Assembly: GCA_963663975.2 (NCBI GenBank)
Contig: CAXXRA010000013.1
Span: 34,579-58,578 of the forward strand
Direction: 5' to 3'
From: an uncultured Bauldia sp.
GTDB taxonomy: Bacteria; Pseudomonadota; Alphaproteobacteria; Rhizobiales; Kaistiaceae
DNA length: 24,000 nt
The number at the start of each line of letters is the position of its first letter. Position 1 is the stretch's first letter. The position numbers and the translations under genes were made by a program. Shown here in pieces: positions 1 to 10,453 of this stretch. The notes beneath the pieces are model-generated. The model made no database searches and was not told the origin of the DNA. It was given only the letters and a program-made list of their open reading frames with translations.

Positions 1-1274
1 GAACCGTAAGTCGCCGCCGCCGCGTTCCTGCCGCTGGTGCCGGCAGCGCCCGCCAAATCGTCAAGGTGCTTTTTCACCTGATCGAGAACGGCAACCGATC
101 GATCCGGCATTCCAAGACCGAACCGGGAGTGCACCGGATCAGCGCGGACGGCCGCAAGGGCTTCGCGGAAAAGAGGGTCTTTCTTCAGCCCGGCAAACAC
201 CGCGTCACTGACGGACTCGACGCCGGCCGTTGCATAGAGGCGTTCGGTCGCCTTGTTGATGCGCTGACGGAGAAACCGTATCGCCCCCTTCGAGTGGCGT
301 TGTACGCTCAATCCGGCACGCACGGGATCGGTCAGCGAAGCCCCCCACGTCAGATCATCCATGGCGCCGGCCATGGCGGTGCGGGCTTGTTCTGGTCGGC
401 CTGCCATGAAGTCAGACATTCCGGCGCGCCCGCCGTGCGACTGTTCGATGACCCGTTGCAAATCCGTCAGGTCGATCCGCCCCTTCGTCGACTGGGCGAG
501 CGCCTCCGGTAGCGTCAAATTGATACCGCGCTGCTGGGCCTGCACCATCAGCGCTTCGGCCGCGTTGATATCCGCCGCGCTCATGCCCCTTGGCAGATTG
601 TTGCGCAGAGCCCGGGCCGCTGTTTTCGGACGGCTGAAGAACGCAGCACCGCCGCCGGCGAGAAGGGCAGCGACGGCGCGGGCATAGGGTTCAACCGCAG
701 TCCCTTCGGTCGCCTGTCCAGCGGCCTCAGAGGCAGCGCCTGGCACCGCGGCATATTTGAGGGCGTTGGCGCCAAGCTGCCTCAAGCCGCCAGCCGGCCC
801 GAGAGCTGCCGTCGCCGGGACGAATTCGGCGATCGTGTTGGCGAACCTGCCAGGCGTCGTTTGAGGCTCGTAGGGCGTGAAACCGGTTATCTTGCGCTGG
901 AAGCTGGCAACATCCTCGGCCGAAGGAAAATTGAAAGTGGGCCGATACCCACGTTCGCGCAACCGTGCTCGTTTTCGCTCGGCTTCCTCTTGTCCGAAAA
1001 TGGCATTACCAACCTTTCGGCCAGCCACGTCGAACACCCCCTCAACAAATCCCGGTGTGCTGACCAACATTTCAGCGCCCGTCACCAAGCCGGACCCGAC
1101 AGACTTGGCGACGTCTTCAACAACGCCGGGCTGGCGCGTGGGGCCTGGCTGATGACCTGTAACCCGTGCCGATAGTGGTCCACTCGTGCCGGCGGGCTGT
1201 GGCGCGGGCGGTCCGTACTTCGTCCACGGCCCTTCCGCTGGTATCGGCGTGTACTTCTCCCAAGGGCCGGGCAT
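1..1274 (-). CDS. Phage-type large virion/ejection-like protein, 3'-truncated by the window edge (>=424 codons)
   Basis: Manual translation of the minus frame. ATG at 1274-1272 directly abuts the TAG (1277-1275) of the upstream ORF (TAGATG). I checked positions 3-314 triplet by triplet and saw no stop, and the ORF track lists no fragment in this frame. The ORF is absent from the track because it has no stop inside the window. The sequence looks protein-like (MPGPWEKYTPIPAEGPW...GINLTLPEALAQSTKGRIDLTDLQRVIEQSHGG...). No family recognised. Confidence 0.6.
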   Translation of the reverse strand, partial: MPGPWEKYTPIPAEGPWTKYGPPAPQPAGTSGPLSARVTGHQPGPTRQPGVVEDVAKSVGSGLVTGAEMLVSTPGFVEGVFDVAGRKVGNAIFGQEEAERKRARLRERGYRPTFNFPSAEDVASFQRKITGFTPYEPQTTPGRFANTIAEFVPATAALGPAGGLRQLGANALKYAAVPGAASEAAGQATEGTAVEPYARAVAALLAGGGAAFFSRPKTAARALRNNLPRGMSAADINAAEALMVQAQQRGINLTLPEALAQSTKGRIDLTDLQRVIEQSHGGRAGMSDFMAGRPEQARTAMAGAMDDLTWGASLTDPVRAGLSVQRHSKGAIRFLRQRINKATERLYATAGVESVSDAVFAGLKKDPLFREALAAVRADPVHSRFGLGMPDRSVAVLDQVKKHLDDLAGAAGTSGRNAAAATYG

Positions 1275-2585
1275 CTATTGCGCTCGCTCCCAATTGTTCG
1301 GGTCGGCTGGGTCGCCGCCAAGGAACCGGTATCCGTCTTCGATCATGCCCGGCATCGGCTGGCTGCCCTGCCGGACTCCCGCCCCGCCGCCTTGGTCATA
1401 CCGCGGACCGTTGCCGGGGCCGTGAATGATGTCGCTATAAATTCTTCCGACGCGACGAAGATTGAACAGCAATTGGTCCGTGCTTTGCGACTGTTCCAAG
1501 TTGCCGATCGCGGCCTGCAGCAGTTGGTTTTCCCGCTCGCTGACCTGACCAAGCGCGCCACCGGTGGGCGACGCTTCACGCATCTGCTGAAGTTTATCAA
1601 AGCCGGCATTTGCCTTGACGGTATCGAGCAATTTGGACAGATCATGCGGCGGCGTACCCGGAAGCGGCGCAGCAAGCGAGCCAAAGCCGGTAACCGGAAA
1701 GTTCGCGCCCTCCACCATGTCGATCGCTCGGCCGATGTCTTCGGCAACCACGGAACCATATCGTTGCGTCAGTTCATCCTTGGCGGCTGCCGCTGCCTCC
1801 GCGTCGGCCAAGCCACGCGCCGCTGGGCTGCCCTCAATGGGCGACATGGAAAGGCCACCGTCCTGCCCCCGGCGCAACTCAAAGCCCGGCGGTATCGTGC
1901 CGAAGCGGCTCTGCCCAACGTTGACGGTGGTGGACGCGACTTTGCGCATGTTTGCCACGTCGCGCTGATAGTCCATCCACGAGCCCTGGTAGCCCTGCTG
2001 GCGGGCGCGGGCATACTCCGTCAGATCATTCGTGGTCGGTGGCGCGTCGCCCTGAAGCGCTTTCCTGTCCGCCTGGATAGCGCCGCCCATCCCGGCCAAT
2101 ATCCGGGCCTGGTCGCGCGGGTTCGCCATCAATGCGGCTACGCCAGTCCAAACCGCCGATGGATTGTCATTCAAGGCAGTGCCCAGCCTTTGCAAAAATC
2201 CCGGCTGAACCTGATCCACACCCGGCGGCTGCGGTATCGGCACCTGCATCTGCGCTTGCGATTGTCCCGGCAATTGCGAAGGCGCTCCCGGAGGCGGCGG
2301 AAACTGACCTTGGCCCGGACGCTGATTAGCGCCGAAGCGCTGCCCTGGCTGCAACTGCGGCGCCACTGGTATTTGTTGCCGGGGCCGCTGCCTCCCGGGA
2401 ACCGGCATATGCGACGGCCAGGGTATCGGGGGCTGTCCTTGCTGTGGCAAGCGCGGCTGTAACTGAAGAGGTCCTGGCATCTGCCCCGCTGCCTGCTGCG
2501 GAAATTCAGCACCCTGCGGAACCATGGGTATCGGCAGATTGAACCGGCGCGGGTCAAACTGCATGTCGAAATAGTGAGAAGGCAT
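1275..2585 (-). CDS. Phage-type structural/ejection-like protein (436 aa) with a Pro/Gln-rich low-complexity N-terminal third
   Basis: ORF track. GAGGGA RBS 8 nt upstream of the ATG, inside the 11-nt gap after the upstream stop. The N-terminal ~125 aa are P/Q/G-rich. The C-terminal part is globular-looking (GALGQVSERENQLLQAAIGNLEQSQ). No housekeeping family recognised. Confidence 0.65.
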   Translation of the reverse strand: MPSHYFDMQFDPRRFNLPIPMVPQGAEFPQQAAGQMPGPLQLQPRLPQQGQPPIPWPSHMPVPGRQRPRQQIPVAPQLQPGQRFGANQRPGQGQFPPPPGAPSQLPGQSQAQMQVPIPQPPGVDQVQPGFLQRLGTALNDNPSAVWTGVAALMANPRDQARILAGMGGAIQADRKALQGDAPPTTNDLTEYARARQQGYQGSWMDYQRDVANMRKVASTTVNVGQSRFGTIPPGFELRRGQDGGLSMSPIEGSPAARGLADAEAAAAAKDELTQRYGSVVAEDIGRAIDMVEGANFPVTGFGSLAAPLPGTPPHDLSKLLDTVKANAGFDKLQQMREASPTGGALGQVSERENQLLQAAIGNLEQSQSTDQLLFNLRRVGRIYSDIIHGPGNGPRYDQGGGAGVRQGSQPMPGMIEDGYRFLGGDPADPNNWERAQ

Positions 2586-2596
2586 TCTGGTGTCCC

Positions 2597-3127
2597 TCAG
2601 TAAAGCCGACCGCGGCCGGAAAAGCGGTCGCCGATGCCCATGCCGCCGGACAACGCGCCAACGCCCATCCCTACCGGGCCAAACAGCCCCATACCGGCGC
2701 CCAGTTGCGCCAACCCGAGCGCCCCCCCGAGAGCCTGGCCAAACGGTGAGCCGCCGGACTGGGTTTGCGTCTCGGTTCCGCCAGCTTGCCCGATGCCGGC
2801 GATTAATCCCCCGTACCCAAGTTGCAGGCCCTGTTGGCGCTGGATCTCGCGGGCCATGGCATCGTTGCGGAAGTTGCCGACGTTTTCGCCAATCTCATTG
2901 ACATGGAACGGTGACCCGGAACGCCCCATCATGCCGACGCTGCGATTGATATCGCTCGTGAGCATGTCCGCCTGCCGATCCAGAGCCGTGTTGAATTGGG
3001 GACTGCCGCCCTGAACAAAGTCGCCTCGCGCGTGACCCTGCGCTGTGCCCAACAAATCCTCAAGAAAGGGTTGCGCCGGCTCCCATGGCTCCGATGTGGT
3101 TTTTTGTACCGTCTTGCCGCCTATCAC
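2597..3127 (-). CDS. Small phage-type protein (176 aa) with a C-terminal Gly/Met-rich, glycine-zipper-like hydrophobic tail
   Basis: ORF track. Its start overlaps the stop of the upstream ORF (ATGA, 3124-3127). C-terminus: GGALGLAQLGAGMGLFGPVGMGVGALSGGMGIG. Confidence 0.6.
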   Translation of the reverse strand: MIGGKTVQKTTSEPWEPAQPFLEDLLGTAQGHARGDFVQGGSPQFNTALDRQADMLTSDINRSVGMMGRSGSPFHVNEIGENVGNFRNDAMAREIQRQQGLQLGYGGLIAGIGQAGGTETQTQSGGSPFGQALGGALGLAQLGAGMGLFGPVGMGVGALSGGMGIGDRFSGRGRLY

Positions 3128-3588
3128 AGTGCCTTTCCAAAAATCACCTTCTTGGTTTCATAGTCTGGAAAAACTCGCGCCCAACCGGGTCGTCCTTCGA
3201 TTTCGATATGCTTCATGCCGTGCTGGCGCGCGAGGTCTTCGTATTCGGCGAGCAAGTGCGTCCAGCGGCGCATGTCGTGACCGCCGAGCGTTTCGATAAA
3301 AACCGTGTCACCGACAATGGTCGTGATCATGGCCGCGAGTGGTGGCCGCAAGTTTGACGGGTTGCAGGCGAACCACAAATCGCACTTGCGAGCCTTCAGA
3401 CGATCGTAAAGCTTCGCTGGATTGTCGCCGCCCATGCGCCGGTGCGCCGCCGCCAGAAGCGGTGCCGCGTAGGGCCAAGCGGCGTCGATCAGGTCGAATG
3501 GAATCTGCGCCAGTTCGACAGCGGCAGCTCGCTCAACAGCGCCCGGCGGGGGGCTGGTATCCGATGCGATTTGTGGCACGATGTGCAT
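3124..3588 (-). CDS. GNAT-fold-like phage protein (154 aa), function unknown
   Basis: ORF track. The C-terminal pattern VFIETLGGHDMRRWTHLLAEYEDLARQHGMKHIEIEGRPGWARVF resembles a beta4-alpha3-beta5 acetyltransferase-like core. I see no clean Q/R-x-x-G-x-G/A motif. Translationally coupled to the downstream gene. Confidence 0.5.
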   Translation of the reverse strand: MHIVPQIASDTSPPPGAVERAAAVELAQIPFDLIDAAWPYAAPLLAAAHRRMGGDNPAKLYDRLKARKCDLWFACNPSNLRPPLAAMITTIVGDTVFIETLGGHDMRRWTHLLAEYEDLARQHGMKHIEIEGRPGWARVFPDYETKKVIFGKAL

Positions 3589-3594
3589 TATGGA

Positions 3595-3786
3595 TTACGC
3601 CGCCCTCATTTCGGTGGAGCGGTCCTCGCGGCGTTTTCGAACGCAACCCTGAATCCGATCGTTGACCGACTCACGGATAAAATCGCTGGCAGTCATGCCG
3701 GCCGCGTCGGCGGCGGCGTGTAGGTCGACCAGAAAGCCCGGAGTGCTCCGAAGGGTGAACACCTTTTTCAGCGTCAGTGGCCGCAT
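3595..3786 (-). CDS. Ribbon-helix-helix (CopG/Arc/MetJ-like) DNA-binding protein (63 aa)
   Basis: ORF track. N-terminal beta-strand then two helices (KKVFTLRSTPGFLVDLHAAADAAGMTASDFIRESVNDRI), typical of RHH. GGGAGA RBS ~7 nt upstream. First gene of the minus-strand island operon. Confidence 0.6.
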   Translation of the reverse strand: MRPLTLKKVFTLRSTPGFLVDLHAAADAAGMTASDFIRESVNDRIQGCVRKRREDRSTEMRAA

Positions 3787-4080
3787 TCGCTTGTCTCCCG
3801 CACCTTGAAATGTGCTTCGGACAAGATACCGGAAAGAGGCCGTGAAGTCTCTAAGTTATTGATTACATGTAGTTAATTTGTCCGTAGCGTGCACGGGCGG
3901 TTGCCATCGGCCGCCTCCGTCCGGCATTATTGGCGGTCGGAGACATGACAACGCGAGTTGGCCGACTAGACAGGGGGTGGAAAATGGGCGCCGCGACTGC
4001 GCTAAGTAGGCACAGAAGTAGGCGCGGCAGCGACGATGTCTTGTTTAATCGTTATTTTTCAACAGTTTATCCAAATGAAC

Positions 4081-4170
4081 TGGCGGAGGGAGAGGGATTC
4101 GAACCCTCGATACAGTTGCCCGTATACACGCGTTCCAGGCGTGCGCCTTCAACCACTCGGCCACCCCTCC
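4081..4170 (-). tRNA. tRNA-Ser (anticodon GGA), 90 nt with encoded CCA
   Basis: Reverse complement reads GGAGGGGTGGCCGAGTGGTTGAAGGCGCACGCCTGGAACGCGTGTATACGGGCAACTGTATCGAGGGTTCGAATCCCTCTCCCTCCGCCA. It folds by hand into a 7-bp acceptor stem (one G-U pair), a D-arm, an anticodon stem CACGC/GCGTG with loop CUGGAAC, a long variable arm (6-bp stem, GCAA loop), and a T-arm GAGGG-TTCGAAT-CCCTC. Confidence 0.93.
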
Positions 4171-4202
4171 GACCCCGTTAGGGGACCGTCGTCCGGGCGG
4201 GC

Positions 4203-4230
4203 ACTATAGTCGGCGCGATTTGCCGCGCAA
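4203..4230 (-). promoter_or_regulatory. Candidate sigma70-type promoter for tRNA-Ser (TTGCGC-N16-TATAGT)
   Basis: Minus strand reads cTTGCGCggcaaatcgcgccgacTATAGTgcc. The -10 ends ~33 nt upstream of the mature tRNA 5' end. Confidence 0.3.
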
Positions 4231-4344
4231 GCGGCGCCTGGCACCCCTGTCAGCGGTTGACCCGGCCGCCGGTTGCGGCATCATGTCTGGCCGCAGAGAC
4301 TTCGCGCGCGACAGCCCGAAAAAGGCCATGACAACGGCTCCAAC

Positions 4345-4671
4345 ATGATCGCATTCATTGCCCGCATCGCCGGTATCTGGATTGTCGCCGGCGCCGTGGT
4401 GGCGCTCGTCGTCGACGCCACCAAAACCATCGCCTCGTCGCAATTGACCGTCACGCCGCTCGGCGCCACCTGGTATGGGCTCGGCCAGGAGAGCCTGGTC
4501 AACAGCCAATTGTTCGTACAACGGCAAATCGAGACCTATATTGGGCAATGGCTGTGGGATCCTGTGATTCAATGGATCCTGCTCTTACCCACATGGGCGG
4601 TCCTGGGGGCCGTCGGTTTCGCCCTCATTTATCTCGGCCGCCGGCGACGCTACCGGGCCGCGTATGTGTGA
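4345..4671 (+). CDS. Small integral membrane protein (108 aa from the internal ATG), unknown function
   Basis: ORF 4273..4671. I prefer the ATG at 4345 ([23 protein letters not shown]...). It has an N-terminal and a C-terminal hydrophobic helix ([20 protein letters not shown]) and a basic tail. Confidence 0.55.
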   Translation: MIAFIARIAGIWIVAGAVVALVVDATKTIASSQLTVTPLGATWYGLGQESLVNSQLFVQRQIETYIGQWLWDPVIQWILLLPTWAVLGAVGFALIYLGRRRRYRAAYV

Positions 4672-4692
4672 GGCGGCACAAGGAGTTTGTCG

Positions 4693-5370
4693 ATGAACAT
4701 CCTCGATGCGTTCAGAAAGAAGTCAAATTTGCCGCAGCCCGATGAGGCGCTCACCGGGCGCGACCGGCCGATCGCCAGCGCCGAGCGCCACCACCTCAGC
4801 GATGTTCCGCTCAAAGGGCCCCATCCGGCCGGCAGCCGCATAGCGGTGTTCGGGCTCGGCTGCTTCTGGGGGGCCGAACGGGTGTTCTGGCAATTGCCGG
4901 GCGTGGTGGTCACCGCGGTCGGCTATGCCGGCGGCCGAACGCCCAACCCGACCTATCAGGAGGTGTGCACCGGCCGGACCGGACACAATGAGGTGGTGCA
5001 GGTGGTCTACGATCCCGATGCGATCAGCTACGATGCTCTGCTGGCGGCGTTTTTCGAGGCCCATGATCCGACCCAGGGCATGCGCCAGGGCAACGATGTC
5101 GGCACCCAGTACCGCTCGGGCATCTATGTCGCCGACGCCGATCAGCGCGACGCTGCCGAGCGCGCCAAAGCCGCCTATGGCGAGGTGCTGGCCAAGCGCG
5201 GTTACGGGCCGATCACCACCGAAATCGTCGACAAGCCGGAATTCTACTTCGCCGAGGATTATCACCAGCAATATCTGTCGAAGAATCCTCGGGGCTATTG
5301 CGGCCTCGGCGGCACCGGCGTGAGCTGTCCGATCGGCACCGGGGTCGGCGCCGAGGCGCCAGCCGGCTGA
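4693..5370 (+). CDS. msrA: Peptide-methionine (S)-S-oxide reductase MsrA
   Basis: GCFWGAE active-site motif, [19 protein letters not shown] and EDYHQQYL, collinear with E. coli MsrA. AAGGAG RBS at 4680-4685 favours the ATG at 4693 over the TTG at 4687. Confidence 0.93.
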   Translation: MNILDAFRKKSNLPQPDEALTGRDRPIASAERHHLSDVPLKGPHPAGSRIAVFGLGCFWGAERVFWQLPGVVVTAVGYAGGRTPNPTYQEVCTGRTGHNEVVQVVYDPDAISYDALLAAFFEAHDPTQGMRQGNDVGTQYRSGIYVADADQRDAAERAKAAYGEVLAKRGYGPITTEIVDKPEFYFAEDYHQQYLSKNPRGYCGLGGTGVSCPIGTGVGAEAPAG

Positions 5371-5398
5371 GAGACTGGCTGAGACGCCGCCGTGCCCG

Positions 5399-6328
5399 CT
5401 AATTGATCTGCGGCCGCAACCTCGGCAGGGGCGCATAGGGACCGTGCGGGATGTCGATCCCGTCGGCGCCGGCGCTCAAGACGTTGCGACATGCCGCCGG
5501 CAGGTCACCCATGGTGAGTTCGGGCTTGAGGCGGATCGGCCCCTTGGCCGGCTTGTAGCGAGCCGGGTTCAGCCACCAGGTCAAATTGTCGCCGCAGCCG
5601 TCGCCGGCCACCGTCGGGTCCTGCCGCTTGCAGTTCTTCATGCCCTTCGGGCAATGCAGGCGGACGTGCAGGTGATCCTCATGGCGGTACCATGGCCGCA
5701 CCTTGCGCAGCCAGGCGCGATCGTCGCCTGCCCAGGCGCACAGCGCCTTCTTGATGCCGGCATTGACGAAGATCCGCTGGACCTCCGGATAGCTCGCGGC
5801 GCGGCGGATGAGCCGGTTGTGGGCCTCACCCCAGCGCGCGACATCGAGGTCGGTGTTGGTACCCTGCCTGATGTAGGACGAGGCACCGATGGTCTCCCGC
5901 TCCTGCGCCGACAGGACGCGGTCGGGCATGGGATCGAACCAGACGTCGACGTCGAGGCCGGTCTGGTGGCTGGAGTGTCCCGAGATCATCGGGCCGCCGC
6001 GGGGCTGGGACATGTCGCCGACCAACAGACCCGACCAGCCGTCGAACTGGCGCACATCATTGGCCAGCTTTTCGATGAAGGCGACCAGCCCCGGGGTCCC
6101 CCAATTGCGGTTGCGCGACAGCCGCATCGCCTGCCAGGCCGGACCGTCGACCGGCAGCGCCTCGCCGCCGGCAAGGCAACCCTTGGCGTAAAAACCGATC
6201 GAGTGGGCGGCCGCCGGCGAGCCGGTCGCGACCTCGCCGAAAAACTGCTTGACCGGCCGCTGCTGGGCCTCCGCCGCCAATAACGGCGCCAGCAGGCAGA
6301 TCATCGCCAACGGCCATGAACGGCGCAT
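5399..6328 (-). CDS. mepA: Penicillin-insensitive murein endopeptidase MepA (309 aa, signal peptide)
   Basis: The ORF track gives 5399..6664, but the signal-peptide-like start MRRSWPLAMICLLAPLLAAEA begins at the ATG at 6328. GHSSHQTGLDVDVW and HEDHLHVRL are metal-binding motifs of the MepA family. The upstream 112 codons are Arg/Pro/Ala-rich and overlap the lepA 3' end. Confidence 0.87.
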   Translation of the reverse strand: MRRSWPLAMICLLAPLLAAEAQQRPVKQFFGEVATGSPAAAHSIGFYAKGCLAGGEALPVDGPAWQAMRLSRNRNWGTPGLVAFIEKLANDVRQFDGWSGLLVGDMSQPRGGPMISGHSSHQTGLDVDVWFDPMPDRVLSAQERETIGASSYIRQGTNTDLDVARWGEAHNRLIRRAASYPEVQRIFVNAGIKKALCAWAGDDRAWLRKVRPWYRHEDHLHVRLHCPKGMKNCKRQDPTVAGDGCGDNLTWWLNPARYKPAKGPIRLKPELTMGDLPAACRNVLSAGADGIDIPHGPYAPLPRLRPQIN

Positions 6329-6405
6329 GGGACGGAGCTCTCCGATTTCCAAGTCGTTGCAACCGTACCAGATTGGCCGCGGCCACCGAAGCCGGACCGG
6401 CTGAC

Positions 6406-8211
<1,806 letters not shown>

Positions 8212-8340
8212 GGCGGGCTGATTAGCAGAGGCTGAGGCGAGGGCAAAGCGTCCGTGTCGGCGCTCCGCCAGTTCCGCCGGGCGGCAGAAGCCGGTGTTGA
8301 AACGGCCGGATCGGGACAGCTGCGAACGTGCCGGAGAAAC

Positions 8341-9207
8341 TCACTCCGCCGCGCTGGCCGCGGCCTCGGCCTCGGATTCAGCCCGGGCTTCGGCCTCCTT
8401 GAGGTCATCGAGCCGGGGCATCGAGACGATGTGGTAGCCCGAATCGACGAAGTGGATCTCGCCGGTCACGCCGGACGACAAGTCGCTCAAAAGGTAGAGC
8501 GCAGTGTCGCCGATTTCGCGCAGCGCCACGGCGCGCCCGAGCGGTGCATTGCGGGTCTGATAGTTGAACATCAGCCGGGCGTCGGCCACGCCGGCGCCGG
8601 CCAGGGTCCGCACCGGCCCGGCGGAAATCGCGTTGACGCGAACCTTGTCATGTCCGAAATCGGCGGCCAGATAACGCACCGAGGCTTCCAGCCCGGCCTT
8701 GGCCACGCCCATGACGTTGTAATTGGGCATCACCTGGTTGGAGCCGCAATAGGTGAGCGTCACCATGGCGCCGCCGCTGGTCATCATCGCGGCGGCCCGC
8801 TGGGCGATCTCGGTGAACGAGAAACAGGAGATGACCATGGTCTGGACGAAATTGCCGCGGGTGGTGTCGGCGTAGCGCCCCTTGAGCTCGTCGCGGTTGG
8901 AAAACGCGATCGCGTGGACCAGAAAGTCCATGCTCGACCATCGTTTGGACAATACCGCCAGCATCGAGTCGACCGAACTCGGGTCGTCGGCGCCGGGCTC
9001 CAGCGCGACGTCGCACGGGAAGACAAGATCGGATCCCACCGAGCGTGCCAGCGGCACGACACGCTTGCCGAGCGCCGGGGTCTGGTAGGTGAAGGCCAGT
9101 TGAGCGCCGGCCGCCGCCAGCTGCCGCGCGATACCCCAGGCGATGGAATGATCGTTGGCCACGCCCATGATCAGGCCGCGCTTGCCGTCCATCAATCCCG
9201 CCGTCAT
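8341..9207 (-). CDS. fabI: Enoyl-[acyl-carrier-protein] reductase (NADH) FabI
   Basis: LMDGKRGLIMGVANDHSIAWGIA N-terminus, the Y-x6-K region (MGVAKAGLEASVRYLA) and SGEIHFVDSGYH. Start trimmed to the ATG at 9207 (MTAGLMDGKRG), 29 nt after the fabB stop. The track ORF extends to 9405. Confidence 0.9.
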   Translation of the reverse strand: MTAGLMDGKRGLIMGVANDHSIAWGIARQLAAAGAQLAFTYQTPALGKRVVPLARSVGSDLVFPCDVALEPGADDPSSVDSMLAVLSKRWSSMDFLVHAIAFSNRDELKGRYADTTRGNFVQTMVISCFSFTEIAQRAAAMMTSGGAMVTLTYCGSNQVMPNYNVMGVAKAGLEASVRYLAADFGHDKVRVNAISAGPVRTLAGAGVADARLMFNYQTRNAPLGRAVALREIGDTALYLLSDLSSGVTGEIHFVDSGYHIVSMPRLDDLKEAEARAESEAEAAASAAE

Positions 9208-9235
9208 CGGCCTGTCCCCACTCACCGCGGCTGCA

Positions 9236-10453
9236 TCACCCATTGAAGCGCTGCAGTACCAAAGTCGCGTTGGCTCCGCCGAAGCCAAAGGCATTGGACA
9301 GCACCGTGTTGATGTCGACGCCGTCCTGGCGGTGGCGCGCAATCGGCATATCGGCCACGTCCGGGTCGATCTCATCAATGTGCGCCGACTCGCAGATAAA
9401 GCCATTGTTCAACATAAGAAGTGAATAAATCGCTTCCTGCGCGCCGGCCGCGCCAAGCGAATGTCCGGTCAGCGATTTGGTGGCCGCGATCGGCGGGCAG
9501 GCGTCGCCGAACACCGACCGGATGGCGCCGATCTCCTTGAGATCGCCGATCGGCGTCGAGGTGGCGTGAGGGTTGATGTAGTCGACCTTGTCGCCGACCC
9601 CGTTGAGCGCCAGCCTCATGCACCGTTCGGCGCCCTCCCCGGACGGCTGAACCATATCGTCGCCATCCGAGGTGGTCCCGTATCCGGTCACCTCGCCATA
9701 GATGCGGGCACCGCGCGCCTTGGCGTGGTCCAGTTCCTCCAGCACCAGAACCCCGGCGCCGCCGGCGATGACGAAGCCGTCACGCTCCTTGTCGTACGCC
9801 CGCGATGCCACCGCGGGGGTGTCGTTGTAATGGCTCGACATCGCGCCCATGCCGTCGAACAGCACCGACAGGGTCCAGTCGAGTTCCTCGCAGCCGCCGG
9901 CGAACATCACGTCCTGGTTGCCAAGCAGGATCTGCTCATAGCTGCTGCCGATACAATGATTGGAGGTCGCGCATGCCGAGGAGATCGAATAGCTCATCCC
10001 CTTGATCTTGAACCAGGTGGACAGCGTCGCCGAGGCGGTTGAACACATCGCCTTGGGCACCACGAATGGCCCGACCCGCTTCGCGCTCTTGGTGCGTGTG
10101 GTGTCCGCCGCTTCAACGATCGACCGTGTCGAGGGACCGCCGGACCCGATGATCATGCCGGTGCGTTCATCGGATACTTCATCGGGCGCCAGGCCGGAGT
10201 CCTGGATGGCCTGGTCCATGGCGACATGGGCCCAGGCCGTGCCACCGCCGTGAAAGCGCAATGCCCTGCGGTCGACGCTTTGGCTGACGTCGAGGGTGGG
10301 CGCGCCATGGACCCGACAGCGGAAACCGAGATCGGCATATTCCTGCGAGCCCGAGATCCCCGATTTCGCTTCGCGAAGACTGGCGACCACTTCCTGGGTC
10401 GAGTTGCCGATGGATGAGACAATTCCCATGCCGGTTACGACGACTCGTTTCAT
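9236..10453 (-). CDS. fabB: 3-oxoacyl-[ACP] synthase I (FabB)
   Basis: MKRVVVTGMGIVSSIGNSTQEVVASLREAKSGI is nearly collinear with the E. coli FabB N-terminus. Active-site Cys context SSACATS. Lies downstream of fabA. GAGGAA RBS before the ATG at 10453. Confidence 0.92.
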   Translation of the reverse strand: MKRVVVTGMGIVSSIGNSTQEVVASLREAKSGISGSQEYADLGFRCRVHGAPTLDVSQSVDRRALRFHGGGTAWAHVAMDQAIQDSGLAPDEVSDERTGMIIGSGGPSTRSIVEAADTTRTKSAKRVGPFVVPKAMCSTASATLSTWFKIKGMSYSISSACATSNHCIGSSYEQILLGNQDVMFAGGCEELDWTLSVLFDGMGAMSSHYNDTPAVASRAYDKERDGFVIAGGAGVLVLEELDHAKARGARIYGEVTGYGTTSDGDDMVQPSGEGAERCMRLALNGVGDKVDYINPHATSTPIGDLKEIGAIRSVFGDACPPIAATKSLTGHSLGAAGAQEAIYSLLMLNNGFICESAHIDEIDPDVADMPIARHRQDGVDINTVLSNAFGFGGANATLVLQRFNG

